Assembly: GCA_964534375.1 (NCBI GenBank)
Contig: CAZHPN010000148.1
Coordinates: 1 to 15,673 of the forward strand
From: an uncultured bacterium
GTDB lineage: Bacteria > Lernaellota > Lernaellaia > Lernaellales > Lernaellaceae
Direction of reading: 5' to 3'
Length of the DNA stretch: 15,673 nt
Shown: in pieces, positions 1 through 7,628 of the stretch
Position numbering within the stretch: the stretch's first letter is position 1
Layout: each line of letters starts with the position of its first letter
Made by a program: the position numbers and the translations under genes
The notes under the pieces: model-generated
Told to the model about the DNA's origin: nothing
Databases searched by the model: none
Seen by the model: only the letters and a program-made list of their open reading frames with translations

Positions 1-2
1 GC

Positions 3-437
3 CGCGACGACATCCTGCCGCTCGCTCGCATCCTGCTGGCCGAGGCGGCGTTGCGGCTGAAGCGTCCGGTCACCGGGCTGTCGCCGCGCGCCGCGGACCA
101 ACTCTTGCGGTACGACTGGCCGGGCAATGTGCGCGAACTCCAAAACGCCATGGAACGCGCGGTGGCGCTGTCGCGCGTCACTCGCACGGACCTCGACGAT
201 TTGCCCGAGGAGGTCCGACAGGCGTTGGCGATCCCTACGGCATCCGGCGTGGTGAAGGCGCTCGATGATGTCGAGAAGGACTACATCCTGGCCGTGCTCG
301 ATCGCAACGGCGGCAACCAGACGCGCACGGCCGAACAACTTGGCATCGGCTCGGCGACGCTCTACCGCAAGCTCAAGGGCTACGGCGCCATCGGCGGCAA
401 ACGAACCGGCCGCAAAGGCGTTCCGGCGCAAAGCTGA
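3..437 (+). CDS. Sigma-54-dependent transcriptional activator (NtrC/Fis family), C-terminal part; 5' truncated by the window edge
   Basis: The frame is open from base 3 (RDDILPLARILL...). It contains the AAA+ end motif YDWPGNVRELQNAMERA and a Fis-type HTH (GNQTRTAEQLGIGSATLYRKLK). Stop TGA at 435-437. Confidence 0.93.
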   Translation, partial: RDDILPLARILLAEAALRLKRPVTGLSPRAADQLLRYDWPGNVRELQNAMERAVALSRVTRTDLDDLPEEVRQALAIPTASGVVKALDDVEKDYILAVLDRNGGNQTRTAEQLGIGSATLYRKLKGYGAIGGKRTGRKGVPAQS

Positions 438-481
438 TCGTCCCGGGACAAATCCGGTTTCCGAACGCGCGGGCCGTCCGG

Positions 482-1354
482 TCAATGCGCTCCGGGAAAA
501 TCGAAGCGGTATTCCGCCGAATCGCAGACCGGGCGGTATCCGATCTTTCGATAGATGCTGTTTGACGTCGGATTGGCGACGTTGGCGCCCAGCATCGCGA
601 TGCGGCCCGCGGCCAGCAGGTGATGCGACAGCGCGGCCACGCAGGCGGTCGCGTAGCCGCGGCAGCGAAGCGCCGGCGGCGTGTAGACCCATTCCAGGCG
701 GCCGGTTTGCGGCGTGGCCGGAATCCAGGCCGCCATTGCGACCGCGCCGCCGTCGTCCCAAACGAAAACGCGCGTTTCAGCAATCATGCGTCGAAACGTC
801 GCTGTCTCTTCTTCCCTCATCGCGCCAAGTCCGAGTTCCATGAGAAACTTGGCGGCCCACAGACACACGGCGTCAAGCTCGTCCGGCGCCGCCGCGCGGA
901 ACCGACCGGGCGCCGGCCAATCGCCGGCCACGGCGTCGAGGCGATACATGCGTAATTCCTTGACCACGCGCGCCCCGGCGTCCGTCGCCTGACAGTACGC
1001 CGCGGCGAACGCGTCGATCGTCGGACGGATTCCGGACGCGGCGGGCAACGGCGGTTCCTCGCGCGCGAGGTCGACGGCCATCGCCGCCGCGCATTCGGCC
1101 GGCATGCGCGACAAGACCACGGGGCGGCCCGGACGATTCGCTGCGCGCAACGCGGCGCCGGCCACCGCGCCGCCGACGGTCGCCACCGCATAATAGTCGC
1201 CCGCGGGCGCGCGTTCCGGGTGCGCGGCGGCTTCTTCGACCCGGCCGAGCATCACATTGTTTTCGATCTCGTCGGCATGCAAGAACTCGCGCGCCAGCCT
1301 CAGAAACGCGCCGGCGTCAAGCGGGTGCAGAAGCTGAATGGCCGTGCCCGGCAT
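482..1354 (-). CDS. GNAT family N-acetyltransferase (C-terminal FR47-like domain)
   Basis: Acetyl-CoA-binding motif VYTPPALRCRGYATACV and NPTSNSIYRKIGY; 290 aa two-domain size typical of this family. Confidence 0.88.
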   Translation of the reverse strand: MPGTAIQLLHPLDAGAFLRLAREFLHADEIENNVMLGRVEEAAAHPERAPAGDYYAVATVGGAVAGAALRAANRPGRPVVLSRMPAECAAAMAVDLAREEPPLPAASGIRPTIDAFAAAYCQATDAGARVVKELRMYRLDAVAGDWPAPGRFRAAAPDELDAVCLWAAKFLMELGLGAMREEETATFRRMIAETRVFVWDDGGAVAMAAWIPATPQTGRLEWVYTPPALRCRGYATACVAALSHHLLAAGRIAMLGANVANPTSNSIYRKIGYRPVCDSAEYRFDFPGAH

Positions 1355-1542
1355 GATCCGTGGCCTCGCGTTTGAGTCAGCGACAGCAAACTACTGCTCC
1401 GGCGGTGACTTTTCAAACCGACTCGCGATGGCAAGCCGGCCTGGCAAAAAAAGGCCGCGCGGCGCAAAACGCGGCCGCCCGCTGGCAAACGAGCCGGGGG
1501 GAATTAACTTGTTCGGCATAGCAACCTGTTTCATGCGCCTTC

Positions 1543-1550
1543 AAGGAGGA
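1543..1550 (+). promoter_or_regulatory. Shine-Dalgarno site of the ferredoxin gene
   Basis: AAGGAGGA lies 4 nt upstream of the ATG at 1555. Confidence 0.8.
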
Positions 1551-1554
1551 AACC

Positions 1555-1737
1555 ATGCGGCCCTACGTTGACGAAACCAAATGCAACGGCGACTCCGCCT
1601 GCGAAGAGGTTTGCCCCGCCGATCCGAACGTCTTCAAGGTGGACAAGATCGCGAAGGTTGTTCATCCGGAGGCGTGCATCGAGTGCTATCAGTGCGTCGA
1701 CGAATGCCCGACCGGCGCCATCGAACTGCGCGACTGA
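1555..1737 (+). CDS. Dicluster-type ferredoxin (7 Cys; CxxDxxCxxxCP plus CxxCxxCxxxCP)
   Basis: 60 aa acidic protein with motifs CNGDSACEEVCP and CIECYQCVDECPTGAI; strong RBS. Confidence 0.93.
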   Translation: MRPYVDETKCNGDSACEEVCPADPNVFKVDKIAKVVHPEACIECYQCVDECPTGAIELRD

Positions 1738-1752
1738 CGGCGACGGCGTAGC

Positions 1753-2118
1753 ATGAAAGGCATCGTGGAAGATCACGTGGAACCGGCCTGGGCCGCGGGC
1801 GAGTTTCCGCGCGCGAAGGCCCTCCGGTTGGAGGCCTTGGTCGATTACGCGCCCGGCGCGGCGGTCAGCCGGGTCCTCCTGAAAAGCCCGGTGGGGACGA
1901 TCACCCTATTTTCGTTCGACGCCGGGCAGGGACTCAGCGAACACTCCGCGCCCTTCGACGCACTCGTGCAAATTCTCGATGGTCGCGCGGAACTGACGGT
2001 CGCCGGCAAAACCTTCGCCGCGGCGACGGGAGACGCGGTCCTGTTTCCCGCCAACGTGCCGCACGCCGTCCAGGCGGTCGAACGCTTCAAAATGCTGCTG
2101 ACGATGATTCGCGGGTGA
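1753..2118 (+). CDS. Cupin domain protein (Cupin_2-like)
   Basis: Cupin motifs LFSFDAGQGLSEHSAPFDALVQILDG and GDAVLFPANVPHAV; starts 15 nt after the ferredoxin stop, so probably co-transcribed. Confidence 0.88.
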   Translation: MKGIVEDHVEPAWAAGEFPRAKALRLEALVDYAPGAAVSRVLLKSPVGTITLFSFDAGQGLSEHSAPFDALVQILDGRAELTVAGKTFAAATGDAVLFPANVPHAVQAVERFKMLLTMIRG

Positions 2119-2323
2119 GGCCGCCGGTCAACATATAGACGCCGCGGGCTTGTTGCGCCCCAGGTGTTGTTTCCAGGGTCGTCACACGCGGCAACTTTCC
2201 GGCGGGCTGAAAAATCCTCTTGTTTTTTGAATAGATGCGTGGTATCTCCACAATGCGGCACAAATTTATGGGGTCTCCTGGCGACGGCGGGCGCGGGGCG
2301 TTGTTGCGTAAGGAGATGCCGAC

Positions 2324-4741
2324 ATGGGCTGGAAAGAGTTGCCGCGCGCGCTGAAGTTCTACATCATCTTGCTGCTCTTTGCGGGTGTCGCCGCGTTCCT
2401 CCGCCAGGCCCTGTTTCAACCCCCGCCGCTGTTGAATTGGTCGCTGCTGGTCTACATCGCGTTGGCTTTTCTCACGGCGAGCATCAGCGTGAGAATTCCG
2501 TACACTGACGTGCATTTCTCGATGGATACGGCGTTCGTTTTCGCGATTTTGATGATCTACGGGCCGCTGGAGGCGATGGCCGCGGACGGGATATCGAAGG
2601 TCATCAACACGTGGCTAGAAATTCCCGATAAACGCAAGAGTTGGTACAAGATCCCGTTCAATGTCGCGTCGGGCGTGTTGTCGGTGTTCGCCGCCGGTTT
2701 GGCCTACCGCGCCTTGCTGCCGTCCCAGCCGACCTATTTCGAATACGTCTTGCCGCTGGTGTGCATGACAACGGCGTATTTCCTCGTCAATTCGTGGATT
2801 GTGGCCGCGGCGATCAGCATTTCGATGAAGGCGAACGTCGTCAAGCTTTGGATCGAGAATTTCCTGTGGACCGGCCTCGGTTTTTTCGCGGCGCTCTCGA
2901 TCGCGATCATGCTCTACCTGTTGAACTTCTCGATCGGCGGCCTCTCGTTTGTCGTGAGCGTGCCGATTCTGGCGCTGATGCTCTTCTCGCAGAAGGTCTA
3001 CCTCCGGCGCGAGGAAGATTCGAAGAAGCACATCGAGCAGCTCGAATCGATGCACATGAGCACCATCGAAACGCTGTCGCTGGCGATCGACGCCAAAGAC
3101 CAGATCACCCACGGCCACGTGCATCGCGTCACCGCGTTCGTCACGCGGCTGGCGGAATTTCTCGGCATCGCCGACCGCGAGGAACTCAAGGGCCTGCGCT
3201 TCGCGGCGCTGGTGCACGACATCGGCAAAATCGGCGTCCCCGACTTGATTCTGACCAAGCCCGGGCGGTTCACGGCCGACGAGATGGAGCGCATGCGCAT
3301 GCACCCGATCATCGGCGCGCAGATTCTGCACGCCGTGGCGTACGATTTCCCCATCGCCGAGGTCGTGCTGCGCCACCACGAACGGTGGGACGGCGAGGGC
3401 TACCCCGACCGGCTCAAAGGCGAGGCGATCAACAAGTACGCGCGCATGCTGGCGATCTGCGACGTCTTCGACGCGTTGCGGAGCGACCGGCCGTACCGGC
3501 GCGGCATGTCGCGCGAGAAATCGATCAACATCATTCGCGAAGAGCGCGGCAAGGCGTTCGACCCGGCGATCGTCGACGTGTTTCTCGAACGGTTGGAAGA
3601 CCTGGAAGCCGCGGTGGCCGAAGAAGACCGGCGGTTGGCGGAACTGACCTTTTCGACGCCCTCGTCCACCGATATGCGTGGCCTGCAGCCGGGTCAGAAT
3701 TCGCTCGAACTATACGGCCAGATTACGTACACGCAGCAGGAAGTGTTTCTGCTCTACGAAGTCGCGCAGATGGTCGGGCGCAGTCTGCCCGCGGAGAAAC
3801 TGGCCGAGGAATTCGTCGCCGCGACGGCCAAGCTGATTCCCTACAACACGGCGATCGTCTATCTCGCGCACCAGAAAGACCGCGAGATGCGGCCGCTGTA
3901 CGTCGAATCGCGCGACGCGCCGGCCTTTGCCGGCATTCGCGTGCCCTTCGGCCGCGGCGTCACCGGCTGGGCGGCGGAGAACGGGGTGCCGCTGCGCAAC
4001 GTCGACCCGGATCTCGACCTCGCCGGCGTCGAAATCAACGATCAGCGATGTCTCTCGGCGCTTGCCGCGCCGCTGCGGTTTGACGGCAAAACCCTCGGCG
4101 TCGTCAGTCTCTACTCGGAAAAGAAGGATTTCTACCAGGAACGCCACCAGGATCTGCTTGTCAAGCTCGTTGGCCTGGTGACGCCAGGCATGGTCAACGC
4201 GCTCCAGAGCGAGGAGTTGAAAGAGGCGGACGACGTCGACCAACTGACGGGCCTGGCCGGCGTGCGCGCCTTGAAACGTTATCTCGCCGGCGAATTGCGC
4301 GACCGGTCGGCGGCCGCGCCGTACACGCTGTTTCTGCTCGACTTGAAAAACCTGTACGAGGTGAACGTACGCTACGGTCACGAAGCCGGCGACCGCCTGC
4401 TGCACGCCTTGAGCCGCGCCGTGGCCGGCGCGCTGCGGCCGGAAGACCGCTGTTTCCGCGCCGGCGGCAGCGAACTCGCCGTAGTCGCGCAGGGCGCGGG
4501 CCGCGAAGGCGCGGCGGTGGTGGCCGCGCGCCTGCGCCGGGCGGTGGCGCAATTGGCCGTAAAAGTCGGCGGCGGCATGCTGTCGCCGGCGATCGCCTTG
4601 GGCGGCGCCAGTTTCCCGGAAGACAGCGGCGCGGTTGACGAATTGTGGCGGATGGTCGACAGCCGCGTGTACAAAGACAAAATGCGCAACGGCGTCCCCG
4701 CGCCGGAGGCGGTGGCGAAGCTGGAAACGGCGATCGCGTAG
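2324..4741 (+). CDS. Membrane-anchored c-di-GMP signalling protein: multi-TM sensor (MASE-type), HD-GYP phosphodiesterase, GAF, degenerate GGDEF
   Basis: About 230 aa hydrophobic N-terminus. HD-GYP motifs THGHVHRV, LVHDIGKIG, MHPIIG, HHERWDGEGYP, ICDVFDAL. GAF motifs GRGVTGWAA and SALAAPLRFDGKTLGVVSLY. GGDEF fold motifs DQLTGL, RYGHEAGDRLL, RAGGSEL. AAGGAG lies upstream of the ATG. Confidence 0.92.
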   Translation: MGWKELPRALKFYIILLLFAGVAAFLRQALFQPPPLLNWSLLVYIALAFLTASISVRIPYTDVHFSMDTAFVFAILMIYGPLEAMAADGISKVINTWLEIPDKRKSWYKIPFNVASGVLSVFAAGLAYRALLPSQPTYFEYVLPLVCMTTAYFLVNSWIVAAAISISMKANVVKLWIENFLWTGLGFFAALSIAIMLYLLNFSIGGLSFVVSVPILALMLFSQKVYLRREEDSKKHIEQLESMHMSTIETLSLAIDAKDQITHGHVHRVTAFVTRLAEFLGIADREELKGLRFAALVHDIGKIGVPDLILTKPGRFTADEMERMRMHPIIGAQILHAVAYDFPIAEVVLRHHERWDGEGYPDRLKGEAINKYARMLAICDVFDALRSDRPYRRGMSREKSINIIREERGKAFDPAIVDVFLERLEDLEAAVAEEDRRLAELTFSTPSSTDMRGLQPGQNSLELYGQITYTQQEVFLLYEVAQMVGRSLPAEKLAEEFVAATAKLIPYNTAIVYLAHQKDREMRPLYVESRDAPAFAGIRVPFGRGVTGWAAENGVPLRNVDPDLDLAGVEINDQRCLSALAAPLRFDGKTLGVVSLYSEKKDFYQERHQDLLVKLVGLVTPGMVNALQSEELKEADDVDQLTGLAGVRALKRYLAGELRDRSAAAPYTLFLLDLKNLYEVNVRYGHEAGDRLLHALSRAVAGALRPEDRCFRAGGSELAVVAQGAGREGAAVVAARLRRAVAQLAVKVGGGMLSPAIALGGASFPEDSGAVDELWRMVDSRVYKDKMRNGVPAPEAVAKLETAIA

Positions 4742-4761
4742 AGCCGAATGTCGGAGTTATC

Positions 4762-4788
4762 CACAGATTACCCAGATTTCGCAGATGA
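4762..4788 (+). repeat. Degenerate 9-bp tandem repeat (CNCAGAT core, 3 units)
   Basis: cacagatta / cccagattt / cgcagatga in the gap between convergent genes. Confidence 0.6.
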
Positions 4789-4813
4789 TTGCTGGCAATA
4801 CGCCGGGGTCGCG

Positions 4814-5242
4814 CTATGCCGAATGCCACTTGTTGAACAGACAATGCCACTTGCCGAAGGCGTACCAATAATCGATCGCCGGCCTCGTACGCGCCGCCGT
4901 GTGCATCGGGCAGAGCGCGCGGATGGGCTCTTTTCGGTCGCTCAGGTCGACGACGACGACGGCGCGCTCGGCCGCGCCTCGTTGGCGATAAAGGATGACC
5001 AATTGCGGCGCCCGGTCGGTGTACTGCACCGCATACGCCGCGAGGACGTCGGCGACGTCGCGCTTGCGCTGCGAACTGGCGTCCCACAGCGCGCGGTCGA
5101 GAGCCGCCTGGTTGACGTAACATTCCCCGCGCCGACTGACGTCCAGGGCGTCGTTCAGGAAGAACCCGTCCCAGACGGCCAGGATGACGACGATCAGCAA
5201 TGTCGCCGTGTCGACGAGCGTGAATCCGCGTGCGTGCTTCAT
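4814..5242 (-). CDS. Type IV pilin / pseudopilin-like protein with a class III signal peptide variant
   Basis: MKHARG|FTLVD followed by a hydrophobic helix; Asp replaces the usual Glu5. Its start overlaps the upstream gene's stop (ATGA, 5239-5242). Confidence 0.65.
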   Translation of the reverse strand: MKHARGFTLVDTATLLIVVILAVWDGFFLNDALDVSRRGECYVNQAALDRALWDASSQRKRDVADVLAAYAVQYTDRAPQLVILYRQRGAAERAVVVVDLSDRKEPIRALCPMHTAARTRPAIDYWYAFGKWHCLFNKWHSA

Positions 5243-5859
5243 TGAATCTGCAATATTCCGTCGCCGGTGGCGAACAGCCGGCGATAGCGGAAGCGGTCCG
5301 CCTTCGGCACAGTTAGTAAAAATTGATCCGGCCCCTGAATGGGCGTTAGTGCGTACGCATCTTCGGTGCCCAGAATGAACGGCGGCGCTTCCAAATAGTG
5401 CGGGTACAAATCATCGGCCTTGTCGGGATATCGCCCGCCGTGATCGTTCGCATATTGGAAGGCCTTCGCCAGAATGTACGTGAACTCGGGGCCCGGATCG
5501 CCCAGCTCGCGAAAATGGGCGACGTCAAAGAAGGCCGGTTTGCCGGCTTTGCCGATGTAGTTCCGCATCAGCAACTGCGCCCCAATCAACAACACCAACG
5601 CCAAGACCAACCAGACGTTGAACACGGCCAGCTTTTCTTGGAGCGTCGACGTGCGACGGCCTGCTTCGGTCATGCGATGCCGCGCCGCCAGCAACTCGTT
5701 GATGTCTTCGTCTGCCACGTCCATCGCCTTTTCCAAGGTGCAGGCCGGGCAGACGACCCGATCGTCGTCTTCGAAGCGCATGCATTGGCCGCAAATCGGC
5801 TTCCCGCAACTGCTGCACTCGAAGAGCGCGTCTTCGGTCGGATGAAAAAAACACTTCAC
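5239..5859 (-). CDS. Membrane protein with an N-terminal B-box-type zinc finger and a C-terminal GspG/pilin-head-like domain
   Basis: C3-x2-H6, C15-x2-C18, C23-x2-C26, C37-x2-C40; one TM (VFNVWLVLALVLLIGAQLLM); motif QYANDHGGRYPDKADDLYPHYLEAPP. GTG start with AAGGA upstream. Confidence 0.72.
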   Translation of the reverse strand: MKCFFHPTEDALFECSSCGKPICGQCMRFEDDDRVVCPACTLEKAMDVADEDINELLAARHRMTEAGRRTSTLQEKLAVFNVWLVLALVLLIGAQLLMRNYIGKAGKPAFFDVAHFRELGDPGPEFTYILAKAFQYANDHGGRYPDKADDLYPHYLEAPPFILGTEDAYALTPIQGPDQFLLTVPKADRFRYRRLFATGDGILQIQ

Positions 5860-5890
5860 CGTGAGACGATCCTTTTATGTGTCCGTCATT

Positions 5891-7621
5891 TTAACCGTCT
5901 GTCTCGGCGTCGGCAAGCAGCGTTGACGAACGCCGCTCGTTCTTCGCCGGCCGGGGGGCCAGGCGGGCGTGCAGCGGCAACGAGACGGTAAAGGCGGTGC
6001 CGTGCCCTGGTTTGCTCGCAAAATGGATTTCGCCGCCCAGCGCCTCGGCGATCATCCGGCTGATGGGCATGCCCAACCCGACGCCTTCGTGATGCGTGTC
6101 GATCTGTTCGATTTGCTGAAACCGGTTAAAGACCTTGTGTTCGTCCTCGGGTCGGATGCCGATGCCGGTGTCCGCCACGATCAGTCGCGCCATGGGCTCG
6201 GCCGCATCGGTCAGCACCACCTCGAGCGAGACGGAAATGTGGCCGCGCTCGGTGAACTTGATCGCGTTGCCGAGCAGATTGGTGACGACCTGCGCGACGC
6301 GATCGGGGTCCATCATCGTTTTGCGCAGGCGCGGATCGTTGCTGAGCATCACGTCGAAGGCGAGGCCCTTTTGCTGAATCGACAGGCGATAGGCGTCGGC
6401 GGTGCGGCGCACCAACTCGTACAGATCGGTCGGCTCCAGGCGAAAATGGATCCGACCGGCTTCCAGGCTCGTCAGATCGAGCAGGTCGTTGATCAGGCGC
6501 GTCAAGCGTTGGGCTTCGTTGCTGATGATCTCCAGAAAGCGCGCGCGGCCTTCTTCCGACAGCGGCAGGTCCTTTGCCAGCAGGGCTTCGGCGCTGGCGG
6601 TGATCGAGGTCAGCGGCGTTTTCAGTTCGTGCGACACGAGGCTGAGAAAGTCGTCTTTGTTTTGGTCGAGTTCGCGCAAGCGCGTGAGCGCCAACTGCAA
6701 ATCGGAGGTGCGTTCGCTGATGCGTCTTTCGAGGTGCAGATTGAGCCGCATCAGTTCTTCATCGGCCTTTTCCAACGCCTCCTGCTTCGCTTCCAGCGCC
6801 TTGCGCGCTTCGACCAATTTGGCCGTCATATCGGAAAAGCGCTCGGTCAACCAGCCGATTTCGTCGCGGCGCATGGCCGGCAACTGCACCGGCGTCTGGC
6901 CGTCAAACGACTCCATCGCCCCGGCCAGTTTCTCGACGGGCCGAGTCAGGATCGTGGTCAGCCAGCGCGAGAGCAGCAGCGCCAGCAGGCACAGGGCGAG
7001 AAACGAGGAAAAAGCGCTGATCCGGAGATTGACGACCGCGGCGTCGAATTTGGTCTGGATTTCGCCGGAAAAATCGTCGCCGTAACGCTGGGCGGCGTTG
7101 CGCCAGAAGAAGAGGTTGCCGCGCGGCGCGGCGAGCAGCATGTGGTACTCGGTCGGCGGCAGCGCCTGGGTGACGACGAGGTAGCGCGCCAGCAACTCGC
7201 GTTCGACGGCGGCCATGTTCGGACCGCTGCGAATGACCAGATCGCTCGACGAGACGCCGATGAGTTTTTGCATTTCGTCGAAGATCAAGGCGACCTGGTT
7301 CGAGTTTTCGAAACGGGTCAGGAACTTGGCGACGGCGCCGCCGACGTCGGGGCTGGTTTCGTAGGCGGCCTGCCACACCGGCGTCAATGTCTCGGCGGCG
7401 TTGCGCAGCGCCAGCGTCATGTCCTCCTGGATCGCGGCGTTCACCAGGTTGGTTTTTTGCCGGGCGTATTCCCCCGCGTCCTTGGCGATGAGGGCCCGCG
7501 TCGTTCCCAACACTTCGGCAAAAACGAGGTACAGCGCGACGAGCGGCAAAATGGACAGCAGCCACGCCAGCAGCAGAATGCGCGTGCGCAATTCGACAAA
7601 TCGGCCGCGAGAGTTTTTCAC
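5891..7621 (-). CDS. HAMP-domain sensor histidine kinase
   Basis: Two TMs flank an extracytoplasmic domain. HAMP (TRPVEKLAGAM...RRDEIGWL), H-box VSHELKTPLTSI, N-box NLLGNAIKFT, G1 DTGIGI, G2 GVGLGMPIS. Confidence 0.95.
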   Translation of the reverse strand: MKNSRGRFVELRTRILLLAWLLSILPLVALYLVFAEVLGTTRALIAKDAGEYARQKTNLVNAAIQEDMTLALRNAAETLTPVWQAAYETSPDVGGAVAKFLTRFENSNQVALIFDEMQKLIGVSSSDLVIRSGPNMAAVERELLARYLVVTQALPPTEYHMLLAAPRGNLFFWRNAAQRYGDDFSGEIQTKFDAAVVNLRISAFSSFLALCLLALLLSRWLTTILTRPVEKLAGAMESFDGQTPVQLPAMRRDEIGWLTERFSDMTAKLVEARKALEAKQEALEKADEELMRLNLHLERRISERTSDLQLALTRLRELDQNKDDFLSLVSHELKTPLTSITASAEALLAKDLPLSEEGRARFLEIISNEAQRLTRLINDLLDLTSLEAGRIHFRLEPTDLYELVRRTADAYRLSIQQKGLAFDVMLSNDPRLRKTMMDPDRVAQVVTNLLGNAIKFTERGHISVSLEVVLTDAAEPMARLIVADTGIGIRPEDEHKVFNRFQQIEQIDTHHEGVGLGMPISRMIAEALGGEIHFASKPGHGTAFTVSLPLHARLAPRPAKNERRSSTLLADAETDG

Positions 7622-7628
7622 GTCGTTC

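Noticed and set aside
440..449. Palindrome gtcccgggac between convergent genes as a terminator
   Set aside because: Too short, with no usable loop or U-tract; plausible by chance at this GC content.
1441..1480. GGCAAA...GGCGCAAAAC resembling a c-di-GMP-I (GEMM) riboswitch upstream of the ferredoxin
   Set aside because: No GNRA-capped stem between the two motifs and no downstream conserved segment; an Infernal scan with the c-di-GMP-I model would settle it.
2256..2270. CGGCACAAATTTATG as a sigma-54 promoter for the HD-GYP gene
   Set aside because: The -24 GGCAC is present but the required GC ten bases after GG is TG.
2641..4083. 480-aa alternative-frame ORF inside the HD-GYP gene
   Set aside because: Arg/Gly-rich off-frame product typical of GC-rich coding DNA.
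4742..4813. Replication origin suggested by the DnaA box
   Set aside because: Only one box, no AT-rich unwinding element, and no dnaA/dnaN/gidA-type neighbours.
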